A stretch of DNA of 64,000 nt from Tubulanus polymorphus. Its lineage: Eukaryota; Animalia; Nemertea. Where the stretch lies: positions 12,338,001 to 12,402,000 of the forward strand of contig NC_134025.1 in NCBI RefSeq assembly GCF_964204645.1, read 5' to 3'. The position numbers and the translations under genes were made by a program. Position 1 is the first letter of the stretch; each line of letters begins with the position of its first letter. This document shows, piece by piece, positions 33,975-44,900 of the stretch. A model generated the notes under the pieces. That model was not told the origin of the DNA and searched no databases. It worked only from the letters and a program-made list of their open reading frames with translations.

Positions 33975-36816
33975 CTGAAAAGAAGGATAACATTCAAATT
34001 ACTATTGATTTCATATGCTTTTTCGTAGAAAATGAAAATCGTACTATCTATTTCAAATACATTCAAACAATTACAAATTCATTTCAGCTATTCACAATGT
34101 GATCTCTTTTTGATTTATTTGGAAATCAATTTGCATATTTACCACGATAGTCCCAGTAGCAAAATCCAGAGAGTTACATACAGTTTATACGTTGTAACAA
34201 TGAAACCCCAAAACTACTATATATTCAAAATTTCGGTACCACAACAGTAAATTTTTATTACTTAATGACAAATATCACATATGCATAGCCTATACTACCC
34301 AGTTAAATACCGGTACTGTCATGTGTATACAAATATATGAATCACACTTTAATTTATAATCTCAATAGAAAAAACATATATACATATATAACATATACAA
34401 TCTAAACAAAAAATCAACATCAACCAATTGAAGAATTCATTACTACAGAATCTTAATGGTAACACACATTTTTATCTGGACGGACTGACAATTATAAAAA
34501 AGGCATATAAATCATGGACATGTAACTTCACAAGGACAGCAATGAGTTGAGGGCTTTATAACATTTGCCTTGAACCCAACAATTTAATTCGAGTGGCAAT
34601 CGTTTCAAAATATTCAACCCATTCATCATACTATATATCCAGGGCTGCAAACCTCAGAAAACCTCAGAAAAGTACTATTGGTAACAAATTAAATTTTTCT
34701 TCAGTAACATTTCATTGATATATGAAAGAAAATGTTCAATTAATCAGTAGACATTAACAGCAAGTAACATCTTACATATTACTGTACATATCGAACAAAT
34801 TAAATCAGTATTTCTCGTTATAAAATAGTAACAAATACTCTAAATCAGGAACTCTGAACAAGCAAATTATTGTAACCCTATTGATAAATTTGTGAAAATC
34901 ATGACGCAGTATCAAATATGAAGATTTGAATCCTCATTGATAAAATACACGTAGATAACAAGATTTTGAATTAAAAATTGGTACAAAATATTTGTTCAAC
35001 CTCTTTTCACTATATCTCTACACAAAGCAAAGACCGCATAGTTTAGTGACAATTCACCTGCAGACTACATTTACTAACTATAGCAATATCCGTAATAGAG
35101 CCCAATCACAACTAATCTAGATGTTATTTTATGATAAACTCAATGATTGACTATGAATTACAACGCATCCAATTATATCATTGATCGAAATTAACAGTTA
35201 TAGAAAAGAAAATGAGACAAATTTCTTTTACCCACCGACGTTATCAAGTGCCTTCAGTTATTTTAGTAGTCTTTCAGATTATTTTTTCAATCATGAATCA
35301 TAGATCATAATTCTCCACAATGAAACGTGCTACAGGCAAATTTGCTTAATCCAGTCTAGAAACTTCTACATGTAGATTTCTGAGTAGAATATGATTTTTC
35401 ATCTGGTTTTCTGCATAATCTGAATTAATTTTACTGATCTCAAATAATCCCTGATTATTACCATAAAACCACATAATGCAGGTATCAAGCTGCCCAGTAC
35501 ACACTCCTCAGACATTCAGCTTTGTCTATCGTGATTAAACGACTTATATGGTCTGGTGAATTAAGTTATTCGTTTATTTTCGATCAAAATTGTCCGAGTT
35601 GATGTCCCGAACGCTGGACCATCTAAAAATTGCAGGAATGGTGATGATTAAATATCACATGTCTGAGGGGTGAATCCTTGCTGCAGATTATTACCTGCAT
35701 TATTCCAGTTGTTAACCTACATTATCTTTAATTATTATCTTAAGTTGTTAGATGTAAAAATATTATGTTCGAACCTTAGGTGGTACCAGTTAAACCTGAT
35801 TTCATTGGCGCAAAATGATCCAGAAGAAACAGGACATACTCACCAGCTGGTTTTACGTATTAGAAACAAGTGTAATTAGATATGAGACAATTAGTATTTC
35901 ATATGTGTGTCACATTGATTATATTGATTTAGATTAGATCGATTAAATAAATTGTCAGTGGATACATTAGATTATATTTTCATTTCTTGGATAATATGCA
36001 AGGCTTTCTTTATAAGTGATTTAAATAGAGAGTAAAAAGATTGTCAAGATGTCAATTCTGAACCCTGTGTTTTCCTATCTATGTATTTGTCGCTACTAAG
36101 TAGGCCACCGATATCGGAATAATTATTAAACTCAAAAAAATATCTGCTGATCTGGTATTTCTCGGTTAGCTTTTTCTATTTTTTGACAGGAAAAATACTT
36201 AATCGTTTAACCAAATTGAAAAATTTTTGGAGTAAAGAATTTTGGGTATAAAGTTAAGAGCAAATTGACGTAGTAGTAGCAGGCAGGTCTGGTTTGATGA
36301 AAAGCTCAAGAAACGCGTAAAAAATTGTAAATAAATAAATGCAATTAGTGCTTATTTTTACAGACATTTTTCTAAGAAATTCTTATGTACTACTACTAAA
36401 AGTGATAAAGTACCTAATAAAGATTTCATCGTATGAAAATATTCTGAATTTCTAAAATTTCAGAGTAAGTGGGTTATTAACTTGATTGATAGCGAGAGGT
36501 GTCTACTGTATTAGAAGGTGGCTATCTACTTTTCTGTTCTGTCTATAAAATACATGCTGCTATCAACGGGCCAGTTCCACAGTCGAGACATTAGATAATA
36601 AGACTTTAGATCATTTTCACCCATACTAATTAACCAATCAAACAATTATGACCATTATTAAGTTCAAGTCAGGGTAAATCATCGTGTAAACCCTAGTTTA
36701 AGGCCATTATTGGAACTTAAGCCAGTAGCCAGAAATGGGTTCATCAAATATCTTATTTGTTGTTTAGAAGCCATATATCAACATCCAGTCACTGAATTGA
36801 ACTATAGATGATTAAG

Positions 36817-36819
<3 letters not shown>

Positions 36820-36850
<31 letters not shown>
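36820..36850. repeat. (TA)n microsatellite
   Basis: About 15 TA units. Confidence 0.9.
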
Positions 36851-36852
<2 letters not shown>

Positions 36853-36915
36853 ATTTTCACTCAAAGTATTTTATTCCAGTTTTGAGTGATAAATACTTTG
36901 AACCGTGGAGCTAAG

Positions 36916-37376
36916 CTAAGGTGATTTGGTCAGATCATCGTACGTAGGAGGCAAACTGTCATCATTGGGAGACGGTGATGACATGACAAGCGAATAAGAT
37001 GGCGGGAGCGATATATCCAACTCATCGGTCATATGCAATGAATGATCTGAGATCGGAGAATCAGTATTCGTAAATGACGGATTCCAACTACCGCCGACTG
37101 ATGAATAAGTAGACACCTCCGATGCTGGTGAGATTAACATAGGCATCGGCACGTGGCGAGGCGTTTCGTATAACGATGCCAAATTAGAAGATTGATACGG
37201 GTTAGGTGTTAGCATACGACCTGGGTCGTGTGAGTTGTTGATGTGGTTATTATTGAACCGGTGACAACAAACTCTAGATAAAAAGCAAAGAAACGTGGTT
37301 AAGAGTATAGCACCCATAAATGTACTGATTCCGACCCAAATTGGGAGGGAGGACGGACAGCCAATACAAAGACCAC
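36916..37376 (-). CDS. Candidate alternative terminal exon B: TM helix plus NPSF/PPSY/PPTY tail
   Basis: Acceptor CTTCTCTTGCTTGGCTTTCAG, phase 1; LPIWVGISTFMGAILLTTFLCFL; AATAAA at 36870-36875, ~40 nt after the stop; 461 bp. Confidence 0.65.
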
Positions 37377-38106
37377 CTGAAAGCCAAGCAAGAGAAGCGT
37401 TAATACTAAGCATACGCGATAAATTCAAAACAATATGCCATCTGAGATTCAAAGCGTGGGATTCTCGAAAAACGTTTGCAGTACTTGAAAACCTTTTATG
37501 GAATTTTTATATTAGATTAATAATATAGATATTGAAAATGTGAAAGAGTCAACCGTGATCGTGCTAGTTAATCCGAATTGAAATGTGGAGAACTCAAAAA
37601 TACTGATAGCTACAGCGCACAGCTAGTCTGAGGTGGACACACTTCAAGTTGATCCGTGTTCAACAGACCGGGGAGGTTTCGCACCTGCCTGTACAGACTC
37701 AGCTTTGATCATTTTCTTCACATTTCAAAATAGGCCTCAGACCTGACTCAGTTAATGCACCTAAGTAGGATCTGTAACAGCAAGTAATTTTACCTGATGC
37801 TGCGCCTGACATAATGAGAACATTTTCCATAACTCTAATCTAGAGGTATTTCACCTTCTACATTCAAGCGTTAGGAAAAATAATGCATACATGAACTCAG
37901 ATGGATCTTTTGGGTTCCATTCAATTTGAGACAAATTAGCCATTGATCACCCGCATCAAGCAGAATACTTGACAATCCCAATTTCATTACACAGTAACCG
38001 ATTAGAGTTATATGTAGCTAATTGATATGGGTTCAGCCGATCAAAAGGAGTTAAGAATTGTTTTCATTTCCATAAAAGTTAAACTCGCGAAATCTGGTGC
38101 CAGAAA

Positions 38107-38597
38107 TCAAAACTTGGAATCATCAGGTAGATCAACATTGTTAGTCTTATCACTGATATCACTTAGATAGAATGCGCGATTGTCATGTGCATTATTATTC
38201 CACGACGCGGCTGAGTAACTAGGAGCCACCGCGACTCGCATATCTTCGAGAGCCTCTTCGTACGACGGAGGCTGATCGACAAATACGGGATTCGTCGCAT
38301 AAGCCGGGAAATGTACATTCGTATCAGAGGGAAGCATGAACCCCGAGGAGTTTGAGACGGCAATTTCCGCCGCTGCCACTGAACCATCGGTGACGTGCGA
38401 CGCACCGATACTGTTCGGATCAAAAGACGAAGTGTTTCGATGCGTGTAAATTCCTTTGCGACACGACGGACAAAACAAGCCGTTGCGTAATTTTACAATT
38501 AGAACGACAACGATGACGATAACAAAAATTCCACCCAATACGGGAAATACGATTGTCAATATATTGACATCGACGAGTCCATTTACACCTGGTGAAA
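38107..38597 (-). CDS. Terminal exon A of the CACHD1-like gene: TM helix plus NPVF/PPSY tail
   Basis: Acceptor TTTCTCTTTCAG, phase 1, matches the donor at 40153; ILTIVFPVLGGIFVIVIVVVLIV-KLR; YATNPVFVDQPPSYEEAL; 491 bp. Confidence 0.8.
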
Positions 38598-39311
38598 CTG
38601 AAAGAGAAATTATGGCGCATGCAGAATAAGGTAATGATAAAATACAATGAAACACGCTTAATCCCGATTCATCAATTTAATGTGAATATATCATCATTCA
38701 TTTCATGGTCTTCCTTTAGACAAATGCATGTAAAATATGATGTTTAATCTGGATTCCTCATATGCCAAATTAATTTCATCGTTTCCAAATGATTCAGATT
38801 AAGCGGGTTCTACTGTAATACGCTTTCATACAGCCATCCATTTATCACGTAACCACATACTCGAGGAACGAGAGATGTCGTAATGCTCAAATCCTTAACA
38901 TTAGTGTGTGTTATGTGGTAAAAAGCCTTCACATATATGCACGCACTGTTTTAGTAAATCTACATCGCCTTATCCGCTGACAAGCGGTGCAACTGGAATA
39001 TGGCATGACCGTTCCGTTGCGCTCATGTGCTGCCATCTAAACCCCCAGGTTCTCTTTGAGAATGTATACACTTTGGGGATAAATGTCAATACAGTATGGT
39101 GCAAAAGCATTTTGATCTCAGTATGCATACATGTATGATTGACCAGTGTACATCAATTAAAATGTGTACAGGGCTTGAAAATAGGACAGTATTTTGCATA
39201 CATGATAAATGGATGACCTCTATAGCCATAGAAAAAATTCCATGCAGAGGACTTCTGTTTCTTAAGGTTAATTCAAGACCATGAAAATGTGTAGAAAAAT
39301 TGAGTAAGCTT

Positions 39312-39837
39312 AAGTGGAACCTTGTTAATACGAGGTGGTCTTTTACAAAACTTGGCGTATAACAATGATTTTCGTGTCCCAGCCAAATGTAGTTAAAAAA
39401 TCAGTGTAATACGAACACGATACAAAAAATTGAAACAATGAAAATGAAATAAAACAATGAAAATTTTCAGTCGCCATGTCTCATTTCCCTAGTAAATACT
39501 TGTGGTTAATATCAAAGCTGATCGAGTGGATCACCTGTATCCTATATAGGCCTAATACATGTGTGTAACAATAACATGATATCGTGCCGAGAGTTTTATC
39601 GATCAACAAATGAATAAATTTTGAAAAAGATATCTTATATTTCGTTTTATCATATTTATTATTATTCAGAATTGTGTACATATAGGCCTACAACAAAAGG
39701 AGAAACGATCTCAGTGTACATGTGAGCGTGCTGTGAATCGATTGGCGGTAAATTTATGTTGGATTGTATGTTATGAATTCTCGTTAATACGAATAATTTT
39801 CATTGCCCCTGGTACTCGTATCAACAAGGTTCCACTG
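39312..39837. mobile_element. pogo/Tigger-like MITE
   Basis: TIR AGTGGAACCTTGTTAATACGAG / CTCGTATCAACAAGGTTCCACTG. Confidence 0.65.
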
Positions 39838-40153
39838 AAATAAGCTCTAGCTTAGGAACCTATAGGAGGGAAATACTAAGAGTCATGGCAAATAAAACTA
39901 ATAGAGACCAACTTAACCAGAAGAAACAAAGTACGAACTAAGGAAGAATCTAAGAATCCAGTCTATCGGTTAATATTTGTTATGCATGACAATGAAAAGA
40001 TGTGTACTAGCACAACAACCGAAGAGAAATAGAATTTTTAGACAAATGAAGATGCAATTGTACATAAAAGAGAACTTAACTTTAAACAAAGGGGTGAAGA
40101 ATGCAGCCAAGAGAAAGAGCCAAGTAGAGCTAAGATAAGTTTACCACACTTAC

Positions 40154-40305
40154 TGGGTGCTGTTGTAGTAGTGTAACCATTGGAGTCTGGTGCAACCTGA
40201 ATCCCAAATGGACATTCATTCTGACTCGAACAATATGGTTTCTGCAGACGAAATGAGTTCTTATCGCGTTTACACCAACTGCAGCCAAGCGTGTTAGCAC
40301 AAGAC
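40154..40305 (-). CDS. CACHD1: CACHD1-like exon (Cys-rich juxtamembrane region)
   Basis: SCANTLGCSWCKRDKNSFRLQKPYCSSQNECPFG resembles the CACHD1 C.WC...KPYC....EC motif; donor A|GTAAGT, phase 1. Confidence 0.88.
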
Positions 40306-40665
40306 CTTAAAGGAATTGATAAAATTTCATAAATGCTAGAAAAACGATGAGAAATATTTATCATGTAGACCAGTTGTTGTAAGGCCAGCTCTTGCCAGCA
40401 GAGCCTATACAGTAGCAAGTCTAGAAACAGTAATCCAAAAGAACAGTGGCAAAAAAAGTTTTGGAGCCCTCCCCAAAAATAAGTATTCCAGGTGCACTTT
40501 TGGCCAACATGAAGTCACACCAACACAGAACTCTATGACTGTGAACTATGGCACTGGAGGAGAGACACCATTCAAGTTCTCCTCATTTTCATGTTCATGA
40601 GGATTAGGTAATTGTTAGTTTGACGTGATTGGGTTTGCATGCTGTTGCAATGTACACATACTCAC

Positions 40666-40797
40666 CTTTCATCAAGGGATGATGTGCAATCACCTTGAAA
40701 GCATTTCAAAAGTAATTTCGCAGCAGCCACCTCAGACTGTACCGCCGTTGTTGGATTTATTTTTGGTGCAGCCGGAATGCATGGTGGATAAGGATTC
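40666..40797 (-). CDS. CACHD1: CACHD1-like exon
   Basis: NPYPPCIPAAPK...KCFQGDCTSSLDE; TTTCAG / GTGAGT; phase 2 to 2. Confidence 0.85.
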
Positions 40798-40926
40798 CTG
40801 AAACAAAGGACATCACATTTGAAGCCACTAATTATGTCGAGAGATTTGTAAAGATGTATGGCACTAAAATAGAATATATGAGTTTGAAAAGGCTAAATTA
40901 TTGAATGAAAAAAAAACTTGACTTAC

Positions 40927-41033
40927 TCTCCAGGAATGTAATGATCTTGACAGTACTGATACATTGCAGCGGAATAACAAGGGCATTCACAATACGACAA
41001 CCTCTTTGGTTGTAAGCACTTGTATTCTTTGAG
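40927..41033 (-). CDS. CACHD1: CACHD1-like exon
   Basis: LKEYKCLQPKRLSYCECPCYSAAMYQYC (CECPC motif); TTTCAG / GTAAGT; phase 0 to 2. Confidence 0.88.
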
Positions 41034-41546
41034 CTGAAATTCAAAAGTGATATTGAAATTCATATGAGTTTTCAGAAGTTACCTTTAATGTAGTGAATAT
41101 GTATTGCATTGCTATGTACGCAAAATAACATTAACAATTTCTATATATGTAGGCATATATGAATTTCGATTCTTAAACCAGATTAGATCAGTTTAGTACG
41201 AGATTGGTGATAATGCCAAGACCTTGGGAAGTTATTTTATAGTTGGCTAGAATTCGACAACATAATTTGTCATAACGTGATTAGTTATGTCTGGGAAAAA
41301 AATTCAAGCCATTCTTGGGGATTATACTAATTATTCAAAATCATTGAAATTAAATTCACTTAGAAGCATCTTCAAAAATGGTTTTGAAAGAAAACTGGAG
41401 TAGAGTCTGATTTTCTCTGCATACTTCATACGGGAAATCATACAGCGCCAAGAAATCTGTGACATACTGTAGGCTAAATGATTTGGTAAATAATTTGGTA
41501 TATTCTACATGAAAAAAATTAGGCGGATGCAATGAACTTAACTGAC

Positions 41547-41684
41547 CTTTGGAGCACATTCACAAGAATGATACTGCGGTGAGACATTTGCAACAACTAT
41601 AAATACATTGCTGGTTGGCACTGTATGAATTTGAAACAGCGGCACGCCAGTTGAAATGTAATACTCTTCCTTTGTAATTGATAC
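41547..41684 (-). CDS. CACHD1: CACHD1-like exon
   Basis: VSITKEEYY...VPTSNVFIVVANVSPQYHSCECAPK; AAG acceptor, GTCAGT donor; 138 bp, phase 0 to 0. Confidence 0.8.
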
Positions 41685-41946
41685 CTTCAAAAACAATATA
41701 TATGCACTAGATCAGGGGCCAGATTTTTCAAAGGAGTTTCAAAAGTCACACATCTAAACATTGTTTAGCATTGGACATTGATTAGCATTATCACCTCCTT
41801 TCCCCAGCAGCACTATTCTCGGTCGAGCAATTAGACTACTTCCCATTGTTGCGGCATCATTCATTTTTCCATTAAAAACCCAAATTTTTGTGATGCACAG
41901 AAACTTACACTTGGTGCCCTGTTATGAGAGCTGTGTTATTAAAAAA

Positions 41947-44900
41947 TTACAATTTTTGGAACTAAAATTTGTATTTCCGAGTAGTACTTACCCTTTCCTA
42001 TGGTTTTTGCCAATATTTTCTAAATTTGGATTGATCGCCAATGGTTTTTCTATACGACCCGGCCCTGCGGTATTGCATTTAGCCACCGGCGAAATCCGCC
42101 ATCTTTTTACGTCATAGCAGACCAAAAAAAAACAGCTATGCGGGGCAGGTGGGCGGGATTCCCACCATAGGAAAGGGTAAGTACTACTCGGAAATACAAA
42201 TTTTAGTTCCAAAAATTGTAATATTTCCGTCGAGTACTGTACCCTTTCCTATGGTTTTTGCTAGACTAGCCTAGCACAAGGATGGTGGGAAAGGTAGATA
42301 GAAAAACCACTGCTCTAACGCAAGGTAAGAGGGAAAAAGAGAGCACTTACCCAAGCACGGAATGGAGCACTGTAGTACAGGGAAGACCGGTTGGCCACAG
42401 TGAGTCCGTCCAGCTCAGGGGCCCCCCCAGAATTTTTGCGAAATTAATACTTGCAGATATGAGCCCAAATTATGTACAAGGATACACCCCCTGTGATCCT
42501 GATAATGCAACATAAATATTCTACACTAAAGGGTCCGATCGGAAAGAACGGACACCTTGAGCCATGACAACAGGACCAAGTGAAGCTAATGAGCCTAACT
42601 GGCCTGAAACATCCCGTAAATAAAATGACGTGAATGTCGATGGAGAATTCCAAAAGGCAGCCCGACAGACTTCCTCCAACGGAGCACCCGAAAAGGCTGC
42701 GCAGGAAGTAGCCATAGACCTCACTTGATGAGAAACCACTCCCTCCGAGGAAAGATTCTCCTTCAATAAAATGTCCTTGATCAGTGAAGAGATCCATCGG
42801 GCCACTGTGTCCCGCGAAATATCACCCTTTAGGTGATCCAGCAGCGGAATAAATAACCGCTCCCGTGAACCCCTCCGTGAAGCAGAGCGATCTAAATAGA
42901 AACACAAAGCCCGCACAGGACATAAAGTCCTGTCCGGGATGCCCGGTTCCACTCGATGTTTTAGGGCTTCAATTCGCCATTGATGCCCAATCGAGCCTGG
43001 TCGTTGGTTCTTTGCCAAAAATTCCAAAGCAGGCCGCAGCGAAACAAATTCCTTCGCTGGCCCAAAGACAATATGACCTTGTCGGACTGAAAGCGCATGA
43101 ATCTCAGAGCGACGGGCCGAGCAAGCCAAGAACTGCAAAAATACAGTCTTTTTTGACAAATTTGCAAATGACGCTGCCGAAAGATGTTCAAATGGAGCCT
43201 CCATTAACTTCTTCAAAATTACAGACAGATCCCATGGCGGAACTGTCCTTGGTAACCGAGGCCGGGAAATAGAAAACCCTGCAACCAGCTGGGATATCCG
43301 ATGATCCCCTGCTACATTTGGCCATCCAGAAGCACGCAATGTATGAGAAATCGCGGAGCGGTAACCTTTAATAGTTATGACCTGCAAACCTTTTACTACA
43401 AATAGGTGCAGTAAAAAATCTGCCAATTGAGCTACAGAGGGTGAGCATGGATCAATTTCCCCTGCTGTGTCCATTTGGCATCGTAAATGGTACTTGTTGA
43501 TGCCCGCTTAGATCCCGCCATAAAGGAGGCAGCCTGTTCTGAAAAGCCTGAAGCTGACAAGGATTGCTGGACAATGGCCAGGCGAGCAGATTTAACCACT
43601 GGCTGTTTGGATGATGCCGAAAGTTCCCCTGAGACAGAAGCAATGGGAAATTCGGAAGAATCCTGGGGTTGTCGCACAGTAGGTTGAGAAGTGGTAGGAA
43701 CCATTTCTGAGCCGGCCAACATGGTGCTACCAGAACTATGTTGCAATTGACTGATCTCTCTATATGATCCAGTAAGCGCGGCAGGACTGGTGTGGGCGGG
43801 AACGCATACGCATGCATCCCCGACCAGTCCAGAGAGAAGGCATCGACCCCCCACGCTTCCGCGTCTAGAAACGGGGACACAAACAGAGGACACCTCCGAT
43901 TGAACCGGGTGGCAAACAGATCCAGCAGCGGATTGCCGAACATGCCCCGAACCCGATCGGCTACTTCTTGGTGGAGAACCCATTCTGTCCCAATAGCCTG
44001 ACCTCGACGAGACAGAGCATCGGCCATCACGTTCCTTTTCCCTGCTAAATGTGCCACAGTCAGGGACACGCCCTTTGTCTGGCACCAAAGAAGAATTTGG
44101 CCGACAGACCTGTGAGGGTTTCTGAGTGAGTGCCCCCTTGGTTCTGAAGGTAAGCCCTCACTGTTGATTGTCTGTGGCTAACCAAACGTGGTGGCCCTCC
44201 ACTCTCCTGTGAAAGAACTTCAGGGCCTTCCACACGGCCAGCATTTCTAGGAAATTTATGTGGTTGGTGGCCTCGTAGCGAGACCATCTCCCGGCTTTGA
44301 CTCGGTTCTCCAGATGTGCCCCCCATCCTTGGTGACTGGCATCCGTGAATACACGAACTGGAGCCTCTAACGGGGCAAGTGACACCCCGAGCCGAAGATT
44401 CGTAGTTGCCGCCCACCACTGAAGATCCGGACTTAGATCGGTTGGAGGTACGGGAATCAAGGCCTTCCAGTTGCCCTTCGACTGAGACCAGAAGACCTTC
44501 CAATATTGTTGCAAGCGCCTGCTTCTGAGGCGGCCTAAGGGCACCACCAGACCCATGGAGCTGATGGAGCCTAGAAGCCGTGACCAGTAACGAGCTGTTC
44601 TCGGGGTTGTGGACACTCCCGCTACAGCTTCTTGAAGTTTGGCTACTCGAGCCATAGACGGAAATACTTTGCCGATTCGGAGATCGAAGTCCATGCCGAG
44701 ATAAGTGAACTGTTGGGCCGGCGTCAACTGAGATTTTTCCCCGTTTACGCGGAACCCTAGCTGATGGACTAAGTCCAAGACTGAGGTCATTGCCTCCCGA
44801 CATTCCTGAGCCGAATTCGCGACTATTAACCAGTCGTCGAGGTAAACGAACAGTCGAACACCCCTTGACTGAAGTACCTTCTGAACTGACTTGACCAACT

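Noticed and set aside
35500-35900. A fourth TM/PY terminal exon between exons B and C
   Set aside because: No acceptor-led open frame with a hydrophobic helix or PPxY motif was found.
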